From Podospora anserina (Eukaryota), in NCBI GenBank assembly GCA_017654855.1, contig CM030338.1:2914001-2978000 (forward strand): a DNA stretch of 64,000 nucleotides. Direction: 5' to 3'. Shown piece after piece: positions 25,194-36,423 of this stretch (the stretch's first letter is position 1; the number at the start of each line of letters is the position of its first letter). A program made the translations under genes and the position numbers. The notes below the pieces were generated by a model that saw nothing but the letters and a program-made list of their open reading frames with translations, was not told where the DNA came from and searched no databases.

Positions 25194-25537
25194 AAAAAGG
25201 GTGAACTGGGATGGGGTTCTTTTAGAGAGGAGGGGGGAAAAGAAGGCTTGGAGTTTGGGGGATGAGGTTAGGCTTTAGGTTTACATTTTAGTCTTTCTGT
25301 CATAGATGAAAAGATGGATTTAGATGTTATGGGTTTGAGTGGTGATGTGTGTGTCATGCTGTTTGGATTCCATCCGGCGGCGAGGGAGCTATCAACGCCA
25401 AGATGCAAGAGAACTCGGACTATGTGAAGTTGAAGGATATGAATAGCGTTGTTGTTTGTTTTATGCCATGAGTGTGGCTGCGGTGCAGTCGGGGGTTGGA
25501 TGATGAGGTCGGAGTCGTGGTTGTTGAAGATTATCTC

Positions 25538-25552
25538 AACCCTAACCCTGAT
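25538..25552. promoter_or_regulatory. Telomere-like AACCCT box, copy 1
   Basis: AACCCTAACCCTGAT, identical to the 15-mer at 31395; regulatory role is inference. Confidence 0.4.
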
Positions 25553-26220
25553 CTTGAAGTTGTGCAAAATGGATGATGAGATGCCTTTTATTTTATAATT
25601 TTTCTTATATTTTTATAAAAAAAAATTTATAATTTTAATTTTTTTAAAAAAACTCTCATTTGTTGGATTCGTATTTGTTTTGTTTCGAGCCCAATGGATT
25701 ACATATATAGAGGCATGTTGCCTACGTTGAAGGAATCAGGCGAAGGTACTCGGCCGAGTTAAATTGGCCACAGTTGGGAAGAACCACATCTTCGGGTTTT
25801 GGGGGGCAAATCCTTTGGGGGAAAGACGGCGCAGTTCTTTTGTTCCTTTTCCAGGTTCTCGGTTTGACTCTGTATGATACAGATGTGAGGATTTGTTTGG
25901 GTTAACTGATCAACAACAGGCAGGCAGGCAGGCAGGTAGGTAAGCGGGCGGGCGGGTAGATCTGGACTGGACCCTTGAATATCCGTCTTTCCAGGATGGA
26001 CGGGGAGAATATCTGAAACGGGTGGTTTCGGGGGAGAGGACCCTGGGGGCTTGTGGGTTATGATTCTAGAAAGGGTGGGATATCATGCGAATATCCATGC
26101 ATACGGGACAGAGTGAAAGAGTGTTTCCTTCAGACTTGAGTCTTGGGTAAATACGGAATGCGTAGCCGTTGATAAGCCTTGTTGGGGGCCAATGTGCGTG
26201 TGGTCAAGTGATTCGGGCGT

Positions 26221-26248
26221 CCATCCATCCATCCATCCATCCATCCAT
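26221..26248. repeat. (CCAT)7 microsatellite
   Basis: Read directly from sequence. Confidence 0.9.
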
Positions 26249-28283
26249 CTATTCAGGGGTAGTATCAAATTCGGCGGTCTGGATAAGGCGGCCACCACCG
26301 CGGTACCTGCATCAGCCATTGGCGATTCCTGACCATCCAAATGCGAGCATTATTTTTCTCGACTTTTAACAGAATTTCTATGTCGGGTGTGTATGTACTG
26401 ACCTGTGCAACCTGCAGGCGCCTACATACCTAGTGAAGCAAAATGTTGAATGGTGCCACGAAGACATTTTGGTCTTTTTTTTTCTTTTTTTTCTTCTTCC
26501 CACCGAAGCTTTCTTTCAACGGTGGGTGGTTTGGTTTTGGTTGAGGTTGCATAACACACACAGTGTGGAGAGAGAGAGGTGAGAATGCTTGGGGCGTTAT
26601 TTCCCCTGGTTTCACCACACCACTACCTTACCCCAGGTAACAGTCTTGTTCTCTTGGTGCTATGGAGAACTATTTTGGGGTGTGTGGTTGGGGAAAGTTA
26701 AAAGTTTCGATTCATTGAAGTGTGGGATCGAAACTCAATTGCAAAAGATGCTAATTCGTGGCAGGGCGACGTAATTCATGGGGGAACGGGAAAAAAACGG
26801 TGCCCGGACTCCCGGAAATTGATATTGGGAAGGATTTCAATAGGGTAAGGTGAGTAAAAAAGAACAGAACAATTGCTGAGATGTGAGAGAGAGACAATGT
26901 CAGCAAAGCCAAAATAATGGCTGGGCCCAATCGGGAGAATTGAATGGTAAAATGTGACAATGATTGGGATGGCTTGGTTCGGAGGCAATGATGATGAGGC
27001 GGGTGGTGGTGGTGGGACGGGTGGGACGGGCGGTCGGGAGGTCGGGAGAGAGCGCGGAACGGGCAGACTGTGGCCACGGACACTGCTTGCGTTGCTTGCT
27101 GATGATTTCTTTCTTGTTGTTCAGACATTGTCCGTGAAGAGAGGATTGTGATTGTCTGTCTGTCTCGTGAGGTCTGAACTCTGAAGCGAAAGCCTCGTGC
27201 CGCCAAGTCTCGGATTATGGTACCTGGACACGGTGAGAGCAAGAGACAAGAGACAAGACAAAAGAGAGGGGCAATCGATGTCGTCTTGGTCGTCGTCTTC
27301 AGATGGACTCGACGGGAAGAGGCATGATGACATGTCCTTCAACGGTAGGGACAATGCAGAAGAAATGCGTGGTCTTGTGCTGGGCCGACCCCATTCCCCT
27401 ACCTTAAGGCGACGCTGGTTGCAATGCTGAGCGGCAGGGGGGGACTCCTGAGGGTACTTTTAGGCCAAGTATCTCATGCATACTAGTGACTAGCCACAGT
27501 GACTTTGGTCAAAGGTACGGCGCTAAGTGGCCAGGCAATTAAAGCTCCATCCACTTCACCTTCTTGTCCTTGCCAATCTTTCACCTCTCCCCTTTTTTTC
27601 GCTCCGTCCTGAGCGTCCTCTCTCTTTTATTGTCGCTGGCACCTCTCGCTTCTTCATTTTTGTTGCCGCCTTTCCTCCGCCTTCTAACCTACCCAACCTG
27701 CCTTTTCTTTCCCTTCGGCATCATTCTTTTTACTATATCCTAGGTAATAATTCTTTTGGAGCCGCCCACGCAACCCCTTGACTTGACCCCTAGTCGACGA
27801 CCATCTCAACCCACCCTTCGTCGACACCCGTCTTCAGAGAACTCTCTCGCTCTCTCGGACTGGACCTAAAGCCCTCGCTCGTCGAATCAATTATACGATA
27901 ACAACTTTAATACGAAGCATCCTTCTTTGTTCGAAATCGCCAACAGCCCGCACGAAAACGTTCCTGAGTCCTTTTGGTCGGCCAGCCACACGTCGGACCC
28001 CTCGGTCAATTGGGTCGTCGTCTTTCATTGATAGCCAGCATTTTCTTTCACACGAATCTGCCGCGCTTCTCCCGCTTTTTTAGCCCGTCTTTGCTGTCTG
28101 AAAAAGACAAAACACACTTGGTGAACAGGGGGGGGATTCGCTTCACCGCATCTTCCGGGGGCCATACATTCCAGCACGCGTCTGATTCTTCCCGTGCCTC
28201 TCACCAGGCACGTCTAATCCTTCAAAACGGCGGTTCTATCTCACGTCACCAGGGACAGTCTTGTCCCCCCGCATCTTCTCGGG

Positions 28284-30725
28284 ATGCAGGATATCTCTGC
28301 CCCCCAGACGGGGTCTAGCAGCCACCGTTTCGGCCACGCCTCCAAGCCCTCCAACAGCGATACCGGCTTTTCCCACGGTGCCTTTGCCTCCAACATCTCT
28401 GGCTTTTCTGACAGGCATCCGAGACGCGGAAACATTCCGACCATCAACACCCAGCCTGTCTCTCACCAGCAGCAGCAGCAGCAACAACAACACCAGCAGC
28501 AGCAGTATAACCAACAGCAGCAGCAGCAACAGCAGCAGAACCATCACAATGGCGAGCTGACTTCTCCTGGCACTGGTTTCGAGTTTGCCTCGCTGCTGCC
28601 GTCCCAGCTTCTCCTCAGCCCCTTCCAGCCCGGCACCCCTGCCGCATTTGCGAGCCCTCATTTCCAGAATGTGAGCAGCTTCCAGCAGCTTCAGCAGCAA
28701 AACCTTCAGCAGCAGAATGGCGCGTCGAGCCCGATCCAGCAGAGCATTTCTTCCCAGATGTACGGCGGAATCGTCTCTCCTTCGGCTTATGGCGCCCCCC
28801 AGTTCTATTCGCCCCAGTCGCCCACGGCGTCTTTCAACAATATGGCTGGCCTGCAGATGCCCGTTCAGCCTGCTTCTCCCATGCCGATGACACCGGGTCT
28901 TGTGACTGGTACCAGTAGAACTGTGTACCTGGGCAACATTCCCCCTGACACTTCGGCCGAGGAAATTTTGGGCCACGTTCGCAGCGGTCAGATCGAGTCG
29001 GTCCGTCTTCTTCCCGATAAGAACTGCGCCTTCATCTCGTTCCTGGACCCCGCCTCGGCCACTCACTTCCACTCTGATGCCATCTTGAAAAAGCTCTGCA
29101 TCAAGGGACAGGATATCAAGATTGGCTGGGGCAAGCCCTCGCAGGTGCCCACCTCGGTTCACCTGGCTGTTCAGCAGTCTGGTGCTTCCAGAAATGTGTA
29201 CCTCGGCAACCTGCCCGAGGACATTTCCGAGGAGGAACTTCGCGAGGATCTCGGCAAGTTTGGTGCCATTGATACCATCAAGATTGTGCGCGAGAAGAAC
29301 ATTGCCTTTGTGCACTTCTTGTCCATTGCCAATGCCATCAAGGCCGTCTCTCAGCTTCCCCAGGAGGCCAAGTGGCAGGCGCCCCGCAGGGTGTACTATG
29401 GCAAGGACCGGTGCGCCTATGTGTCCAAGACTCAGCAGCAGAATGCCGCCCAGTACCTTGGAATCGCCCCTGGCTATGCCCACATGTTGACGGGTGCCGA
29501 CCGTGACTTGATTTCCAGCGCCCTGGCTCAGCAGTCGGTCGCTGCCGCTGCCGTAGCCACGACGGCCGGTGGCATCACCAACCTGGGCAACCGGACCATT
29601 TACCTCGGCAACATTCATCCCGAGACCACCATCGAGGAGATTTGCAATGTTGTTCGCGGCGGTCTTTTGCACCACATCCGGTACATTCCCGACAAGCACA
29701 TCTGCTTTGTGACCTTTATTGATCCCACAGCTGCTGCGTCTTTCTATGCCCTCAGCAACCTGCAGGGTCTGATGATTCACAACCGCAGACTCAAGATTGG
29801 CTGGGGCAAGCACTCTGGTGCTCTCCCTCCCGCCATTGCCCTGGCTGTCAGCGGTGGTGCTTCGCGCAACGTGTACGTTGGTAACCTCGACGAGACCTGG
29901 ACCGAAGACAGACTGAGACAGGATTTCTCCGAGTACGGTGAGATTGAGCTGGTCAACACGCTGCGTGAGAAGAGCTGCGCGTTTGTCAACTTCACCAACA
30001 TTGCCAACGCCATCAAGGCTATCGAAGCTGTCCGTGGAAAGGAGGAGTACAGGAAGTTCAAGGTCAACTTTGGCAAGGATCGTTGCGGCAACCCGCCCCG
30101 CCAACTCCAGCAGCAGGCTCAGCAGTCCCCTCGTGGCGAGCAGGTGCCTTCCCCTTCGGCCAACGGGTCTAGCCAGAGCGGCCACTCGCCCACCGGCAAC
30201 GGTCACAACCAGCAGAACGGCCAGGCTGCTGCCGCCTTGTTCAACCAGAACAGCAACCCCTTGACCATGTATCTCACTCATGTGTCTCACCAGGCCCAGC
30301 AGCAACAACAGCACCAGCATCACCAGCTGGCCGCTCAACAGGCTGCTCTGTTCGGCACTGCTCAGTCTTCGCCCAACGAGCCCGGCATCTCCCTCGAGGT
30401 TCCCCAGGGTCATGGAGGCATGGGCCACCAGCAGTCGGCCAGCATTTCCAACGGCTACGCCACCAGCTCTGGCGCGACCACCATCGGCGGTCTTCTCGCT
30501 CCCGTCAACACCAGGGGCTCTCACAACCGGGCCGTCAGCTTGCCAGTATTAGCCCCCGGCTTCGAGAACGGCGTTGGGAACGGCAATATGGGCGGTGGAA
30601 ACGATGATGGTCAGCGCCGTGGACACCAGTACCAGGCCAGCTACGGTGGCATGGGATCCGGTTTCGGGTTGGCCATTCAGGGAAACATGAATGGATGGAC
30701 TGTTGAGGAGGAGGTTGTCAACTAA
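28284..30725 (+). CDS. MRN1: Four-RRM RNA-binding protein, Mrn1 / S. pombe Nrd1 (negative regulator of differentiation) family, with Gln-rich termini
   Basis: Four RRMs starting SRTVYLGNI, SRNVYLGNL, NRTIYLGNI and SRNVYVGNL, with KIGWGK and YGKDRC/FGKDRC ends typical of this family. Confidence 0.9.
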   Translation: MQDISAPQTGSSSHRFGHASKPSNSDTGFSHGAFASNISGFSDRHPRRGNIPTINTQPVSHQQQQQQQQHQQQQYNQQQQQQQQQNHHNGELTSPGTGFEFASLLPSQLLLSPFQPGTPAAFASPHFQNVSSFQQLQQQNLQQQNGASSPIQQSISSQMYGGIVSPSAYGAPQFYSPQSPTASFNNMAGLQMPVQPASPMPMTPGLVTGTSRTVYLGNIPPDTSAEEILGHVRSGQIESVRLLPDKNCAFISFLDPASATHFHSDAILKKLCIKGQDIKIGWGKPSQVPTSVHLAVQQSGASRNVYLGNLPEDISEEELREDLGKFGAIDTIKIVREKNIAFVHFLSIANAIKAVSQLPQEAKWQAPRRVYYGKDRCAYVSKTQQQNAAQYLGIAPGYAHMLTGADRDLISSALAQQSVAAAAVATTAGGITNLGNRTIYLGNIHPETTIEEICNVVRGGLLHHIRYIPDKHICFVTFIDPTAAASFYALSNLQGLMIHNRRLKIGWGKHSGALPPAIALAVSGGASRNVYVGNLDETWTEDRLRQDFSEYGEIELVNTLREKSCAFVNFTNIANAIKAIEAVRGKEEYRKFKVNFGKDRCGNPPRQLQQQAQQSPRGEQVPSPSANGSSQSGHSPTGNGHNQQNGQAAAALFNQNSNPLTMYLTHVSHQAQQQQQHQHHQLAAQQAALFGTAQSSPNEPGISLEVPQGHGGMGHQQSASISNGYATSSGATTIGGLLAPVNTRGSHNRAVSLPVLAPGFENGVGNGNMGGGNDDGQRRGHQYQASYGGMGSGFGLAIQGNMNGWTVEEEVVN

Positions 30726-30735
30726 GGGAAGACCG

Positions 30736-30740
<5 letters not shown>

Positions 30741-30778
<38 letters not shown>
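30741..30778. repeat. (GA)19 microsatellite just after the RRM gene stop
   Basis: Read directly from sequence. Confidence 0.95.
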
Positions 30779-30785
<7 letters not shown>

Positions 30786-31394
30786 CATGTGGACAAAAGC
30801 GGGTGGGAATCGGGATCCAAAGTTTTTATTATTTTTTATACTTGAGGGTATTTGTTTGTAATCTTGCTCTTTTTTTTTTAATTGGGTGATAGCTCTTGTT
30901 TCACTTTGGTTTTTTCTTGTTTATCTACCCATGTGTTGTTGTTGCTCCTTTTGCAAAACCCTTCGCTCCTTGTAATAAGCCCATTCTTTTTCTCTTTTTT
31001 GATTGTGTCTTTTTTGGTTTTTTTTGGCATTTCTCTTAACTTTCCAATCCCAAAAATGAAAAGTCCAGGTGGGAGGGAGGGTGAAGGGGGGAAATGATAT
31101 ATGCCCTATTTTTGGGAGGGAGAGATGGATGGCATGGTAGCAAGGCATTTGGCAACAGCGGTAGTTTTGGATTTGGCATACGGGGAGGGTAGGGTGGTGG
31201 TGACATGGTTGGAGTTGGGAGTGAGGGGGTGATAGGTTAGGGAGTGAATTGAAGGGTATGAATTACTTTTGTGTGTGTGTGTGTATGTGTGTGTGTGTGT
31301 GTATTCTTGTGATGATGTGTGATGTGTAGCATGTGAGGAATGTGCACGGTATGAGAAAGGGGGTTGTTTTGTCTGATGGGGGGATGGGAAGGGT

Positions 31395-31409
31395 AACCCT
31401 AACCCTGAT
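31395..31409. promoter_or_regulatory. Telomere-like AACCCT box, copy 2, ~220 bp upstream of MIS12
   Basis: AACCCTAACCCTGAT; regulatory role is inference. Confidence 0.4.
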
Positions 31410-31626
31410 TTTGGAAGGTAAGACGCGACTGAGACGCGTCGTCGGATTTTGTTCAACGTCATTTTTGTCAAGGTTGATTTTGGGGGAGGAGGGGGGGCAC
31501 TTTTTGTTCGTTCACACTTTTTGTTCGTTCACACTTTTTGTTCGCTTTTTTGCCGTTGCGCGTGTTTTCGGTCACTTTGCAGAGGAGAAGTTTATGTCCT
31601 GATCAAAAGAGAAAGTTTCGCACATC

Positions 31627-32721
31627 ATGGCGAGCCGATCCGACACTGAGCTCTTGACTGAGCACTTTGGGTATCCCCCCGTGGTATGTTTTAACCATAC
31701 CCCCCCCCCCTCCCCCCCATCCCTTCCCTTTTCTTTTCCTGTCCTCCCGCCCCTATACCTTCTCTGCATCTAACCGTGTCCATAGAGCCTGCTAGACCTG
31801 ATAATCAACACAACCAACACCCTAGCCGACCGCGCCCTCACTTCAATCGAATCCGGGCTCTTGAACGCGCCCCCCTCCGCGCTCGGGTTCCGACCCCCGG
31901 CGTTTTCCTCCCCTGCCGACAGCCACCGGAACGAAGTCGAGGAGGGGGTGCATAAACTCGAGACATTGCTGTTCGCGGCGCTGGACAAGAATTTTGACAA
32001 ATTCGAGATCTACACCATGCGCTTTCTTTTGACTGTTAACCCTGAGGACGAGCCATACACCACGCTGTCGCACTACAGGGGGTTGGATTTTGAAACCGGA
32101 GAGGAGGAGGTGGGAGTCAGGGGGGTGAACGAAATCAGGAGGAGACTGCAGGAGAGTATGAAATTGGGTGTTATGCTCGAGGCGGAGAGGGCGAGGAATG
32201 AGGGGTTGCTGGGGGAGTTGAGACGGTTGGTTGGGACACAGGGTGGGGTTAAATCTGAGGGGAATGAGGGGGGGAAAGAGAAGTCGGTTTTTGGGTTTCT
32301 GGCTGAGGGACGGAGGGGACTGGAGGGGGTGGACAGGGAGAGGCCATTGGAGACGACGGCGAGGTTTGGGAGGAGTCAGCTGGGGAGCTTGAGGGAGTTG
32401 AGTGTGGGATTGGGGGGGCTGCTGCCGCGGTTGGCACAGGAGACGGCGGCGGAGGATGGGGGAGCAACAACGAGGGATTGGAGGAGGGAGAGGCTGGAAT
32501 ATGTCGAGGCTGCTGCGAGGAGGCATTTGGAAAATGTGAGGGGGTTGGAGTTGACGAGGGACGGGGCGGTGAGGGATGATAATGCTGAGATGGTGGTCGG
32601 GGGGCCGAAGACGATGGAGGTGGGGGATTTGGAACGGGTGGTTGGGTTGCTCGGGGTAGGGGAAGCAGAAGAAAAGGGGACGGGGAAGGAGGCGGAGGGG
32701 GATAGGATGGACGAGTCTTGA
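31627..32721 (+). CDS. MIS12: Kinetochore protein Mis12/Mtw1; intron 31684..31785
   Basis: Spliced ELLTEHFGYPPV|SLLDLIINTTN..EVEEGVHKLETLL..LDKNFDKFEIYTMR are Mis12 signature blocks. Intron GTATGT..CTAAC..TAG. Confidence 0.92.
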
Positions 32722-33533
32722 TTTCTCTTGTTTTATCTGTGGGCAGGCGTTTGGGATGGTAGGCTGTGATGGATGGATGTTGTGATACCAGTGAACGTGG
32801 CGGTTGATTTGTTTTCTTTGTGGTACTCTCATGTACGAACGAGTAGGACTCTGTTTGCCAATGATGTTTTTGTTTGATGCCCTAAGCTCGCAATATCGAG
32901 CCTCACTAAACTCGAATGAACCGAATAATCAGTTATCGGTTCAACATGTCACAGAAATACAAAGCACATAACACACCAACTATCCGTAAGATATCACCCG
33001 CCACTACCTCCCAGCAGCGGCATATATTAGATTCTACATACATTACCCTTCTATATTTCCATAACCCTAACATCCCATATATACTCTCCTTTTCCTTGCC
33101 ACCCCCAGCATATACATATTCCCTCCCCACCATCAACAACAATCTTCTTCTTGTAACCCTTTCCTACCACAATCCCTCTCAACCATCTTTCTTAAATCAT
33201 GATAGTAACCTGATACCAAAAATAAATAATGTAAACACCATGTCATGCCAACCATGCATCACGTTACTGTCATAACGTGTTTGTTCCCTGTACATAAACG
33301 CCACGAACCCTCATCAAACACCAACTACCATCAACAACGAAAATGAGAAAAACACACATAAACGCCCACCCTGTCTAGGATAAAACCCATTTGCTATGCT
33401 ATGCTCGTGTTGAGTAAACCGGGGGTATAATTCTCGAAACGAGCGAAAATGAAACAAACTCTGTAAAAAAAAAATCAACACAAAAAACCCCCCCCAAAAA
33501 ACCGCCATGTTTTTAAAACCCTCAAGCCCAAGT

Positions 33534-36423
33534 CTAATCATCCTCATGCCCACCAGCAGTCCTAGGCCTGGGCGAAAACAAGTGACTAACCGATCTCCGC
33601 ACAACACCGGGCTCGGTACGTCTCGAGGTGACCCGCATAGGTTGCGGCTCCGCGTCCGAGCCAGGGTCGGTCGATCTCCTATGAATAGCTTCCATCGGGG
33701 GCTCGGGCGGCACGGGAGGACCTGGATGCAAAATGGCAGCCAGGACATGTCCCAGGCCCCTCTGGTTGTGCGTCGTGTCGCTGCGGTGTGTCGCCACAGA
33801 CATGCGAGAAATCTGCCTAGCCAATCTGCCTTCTGTATCTGCAGCCATTGCGTCCTTCGCATTGAGTGCATCGCTGGGCAGAAGAATGGCCCTGTCCAGA
33901 CCGTACGGGAGACCACGGTGTCGGCCGCGTATCATCAAGCAGATAATAACCAGCTTTCCAACGTCCGAAAACTCGGCCGAAAGTGATGCGTTGATTGTCG
34001 AGTACCCCAAGCTCATGCCGACTGTGCCGTAAGCGCTGATGGACTCGAAGAGCATGCTAAACATGGTGAAGCCATTGGCGGCGTCCTCGGGGTTCATGAT
34101 ACGCGGCCCTTCCGAGATGGCCAAAATGAAGAGGCCCAAGGCAATAAACGGCAAATCAAACGAGAGCTGGCGGCGAGCGTGAGTGCCGACGTGCGACCAG
34201 TCGTTGTGGTTTGCCTTGGAGTGTTCCTCTTCTTCGCCGTGCGAGTAGATTCCCAGTGCATTCTCCTCATACACATTCGTCCTACGAACCGATATGGCGA
34301 TGGGAAAGACCGAAATGTACATCATGATCATGTAGGAAACCTGGACGGCGGGGTGAAGAAGTGAGAGATTCACACAGGAGAAACCAGCGGTCCTCGTGGA
34401 TGCGGCTTCGAAAATACCATTAAGAACTTTTTGGCCGTCCGACATCGAGGCTACAGGGCCCTCTTGCCCAAGCTGGTCGAGAGTTAGCATGCCTGGTCAT
34501 CGCCTAGGAACCAAACAGAGATGAGCTTACATCCAAGACGATAAAAAACATCACGTCGAGGCCGTTTAGGAGGACAAGGAAGCCCAGCAGCCACCAGGTG
34601 GCTTTGGAAGGGAACAAAAGTGTGAAGCAGCGGCGAGGGTGGTCGAGCAAAAACCGCAACTCCTCATACATGCCAGAATTCTTGGGTACAATGAGCGAGA
34701 GCACCCAAATCATGAAGCGGAGCATGATGGGGAATCCAGTGTTGCCGATGACGATCAGGAAGCTCATCCACAGAAGTGGCCATGTCGCGGTGCTGAATGA
34801 ATTCATGCTGTCTGGCGTCAAAGTAAAACCCAGATCCATGAAAGCCGATTGCGAAGTAAAGAAAGCCCACCATACTTTGTTTTGGCCTGCCGCCTCGACA
34901 ACTTGCCCGTACTGAGTGGCCTGCAGAATCCACGGCAAGAGCCCAACCACACCCAGCGCCGTATAGCCCCAGAAGTAGACCGTCAGGACCCGGGCAAGCG
35001 TCTTCAAAGACCTGTACTCAATTCCTCCCAGCTCTTCGCGCTGCTCTTCAGTAAGCTCCGGGAAAAGAGAGTTGCGGCCGACGGTGGGCTCCCAGCTCAG
35101 ATACGGCGTGCCTTCGGCCTTGTTGTTGGAAAAGGCGGTTCGCAGCGTCTGCATCGACTGGCGACGCCTGTTCTGGGAAGGGCCGGGAATGACGGGTTCC
35201 TTTTCCACGTCGTCTTGCTTCTTTTTGTGCCGAGGAAAATGCGGCTTCAAAAAGCCAAACGTGTGGGCAGCGGCTCTAACATCGTCCATGAATTCATCTG
35301 AATCCGTCTCCTGCAACTTGCGACGATCAGGCTCCTCAATAGTGATGGCCGGATGGCGGCCGTCAGCTGCTTGGGCTCGAGGTTCTCCATCCAGATTGAA
35401 AGCTTCCGCATGAGGTGACAGCAATTCGTCCTCATTGTCTCCAGCCTCAACACGCTTGGGGCCCAGACCGCGTTCTACGTCTCTCGGATTCGGGATTCGC
35501 AGCACCTCGTCGTCTCCCTTCTTTTGTCGTTCGACTATGGCAATATGCTCCTCGTCCGATCGTATCCGTGGGAGTTTGAGGAAATCCTCGCCCAGACCGT
35601 CGCTTTTCGTGACCGTGTCGGCGAACTTGAGAGCTGGCCTCCGGGGTTCCGTCATGGATGATGTGACGGCTGGGCCGGTATGCCGATCTGCCTTATCCAA
35701 TGGGCCGTCCAAGCCCCCATCTGTGGCAGTCCGGTTTGCCGCCGTGAGGCCGAGACCATGCCTGCCCTTATTCTTAGCATCGCCCAGCAGGGTCCCGTCG
35801 TTGTTGATGCGTGACTTTTTTCCGTTTAACATAACGGTAATCTTTCTGCCATTTACACCCTTTTCGACGTCGCCGTCCTGCTGCTTCGCCTTAGTCCGCG
35901 ACTTGGTAAACGATTTCGCGAGAGGGACCCTGACGAGTCGGGCATTTTGGGTTATGTGTTGGAACTTCTTTTCGAACCAGTAGAGACGGAGTTGGACAAC
36001 AAGCGAGTTTACCGTGATGGGATTTGCCATCATGGGCCACAGGTAGAAAATGGCTTGCTGAAAGGTGGTCAAAAGGTTGATGTCGACCGTGTTCAGGCCG
36101 GCCTGGGTGGAGGCGCCGGCCGTGAAGAAGAGGGCGTCGATAAATCTAATCTCGGCAGTACCACCACTGTGTTTGCCAGCTCCCCAAGTGATAAGGGCGC
36201 CGATCAGCGCGAGGGATATGATCAAATAGTCTGCCATCACAATCAGCACCGTGAGGGCTACAGGGGAAAGACACGGCCACCTACAGTGATATCTTATGAA
36301 GGGGAAGCCCTGGTTCTGCGGAAAGATGCATTCGAAGAGCCAGCGGGGTCTAGTATAGATGAATTGCTTGCAGCGCTGGGCCGTGAAAGGCTTGGTGGCG
36401 ATCCATTGCTTGAACCGCTCCAT
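33534..36423 (-). CDS. TRK1: Trk-family potassium transporter; introns 36231..36284 and 34473..34530
   Basis: Four pore-loop motifs ASTQAGLNTVD, SAFMDLGFTL, STRTAGFS and SAYGTVGMSLGY, plus LGGIEYRSL, LLDHPRRCFTLLFP and GRHRGLP. Confidence 0.93.

Noticed and set aside
25300-27500. Telomerase RNA, suggested by the AACCCTAACCCT template-like string
   Set aside because: The same 15-mer recurs at 31395, where there is no room for a ~2 kb RNA, and I could not identify a pseudoknot or CR4/5 element. A DNA-binding site is the simpler reading.
28236-30524. 762-aa antisense ORF over the RRM gene (likewise 356..1207, 6729..8036, 23369..24958, 39286..40797)
   Set aside because: Exact antisense shadows of codon-biased genes; no recognisable domains.
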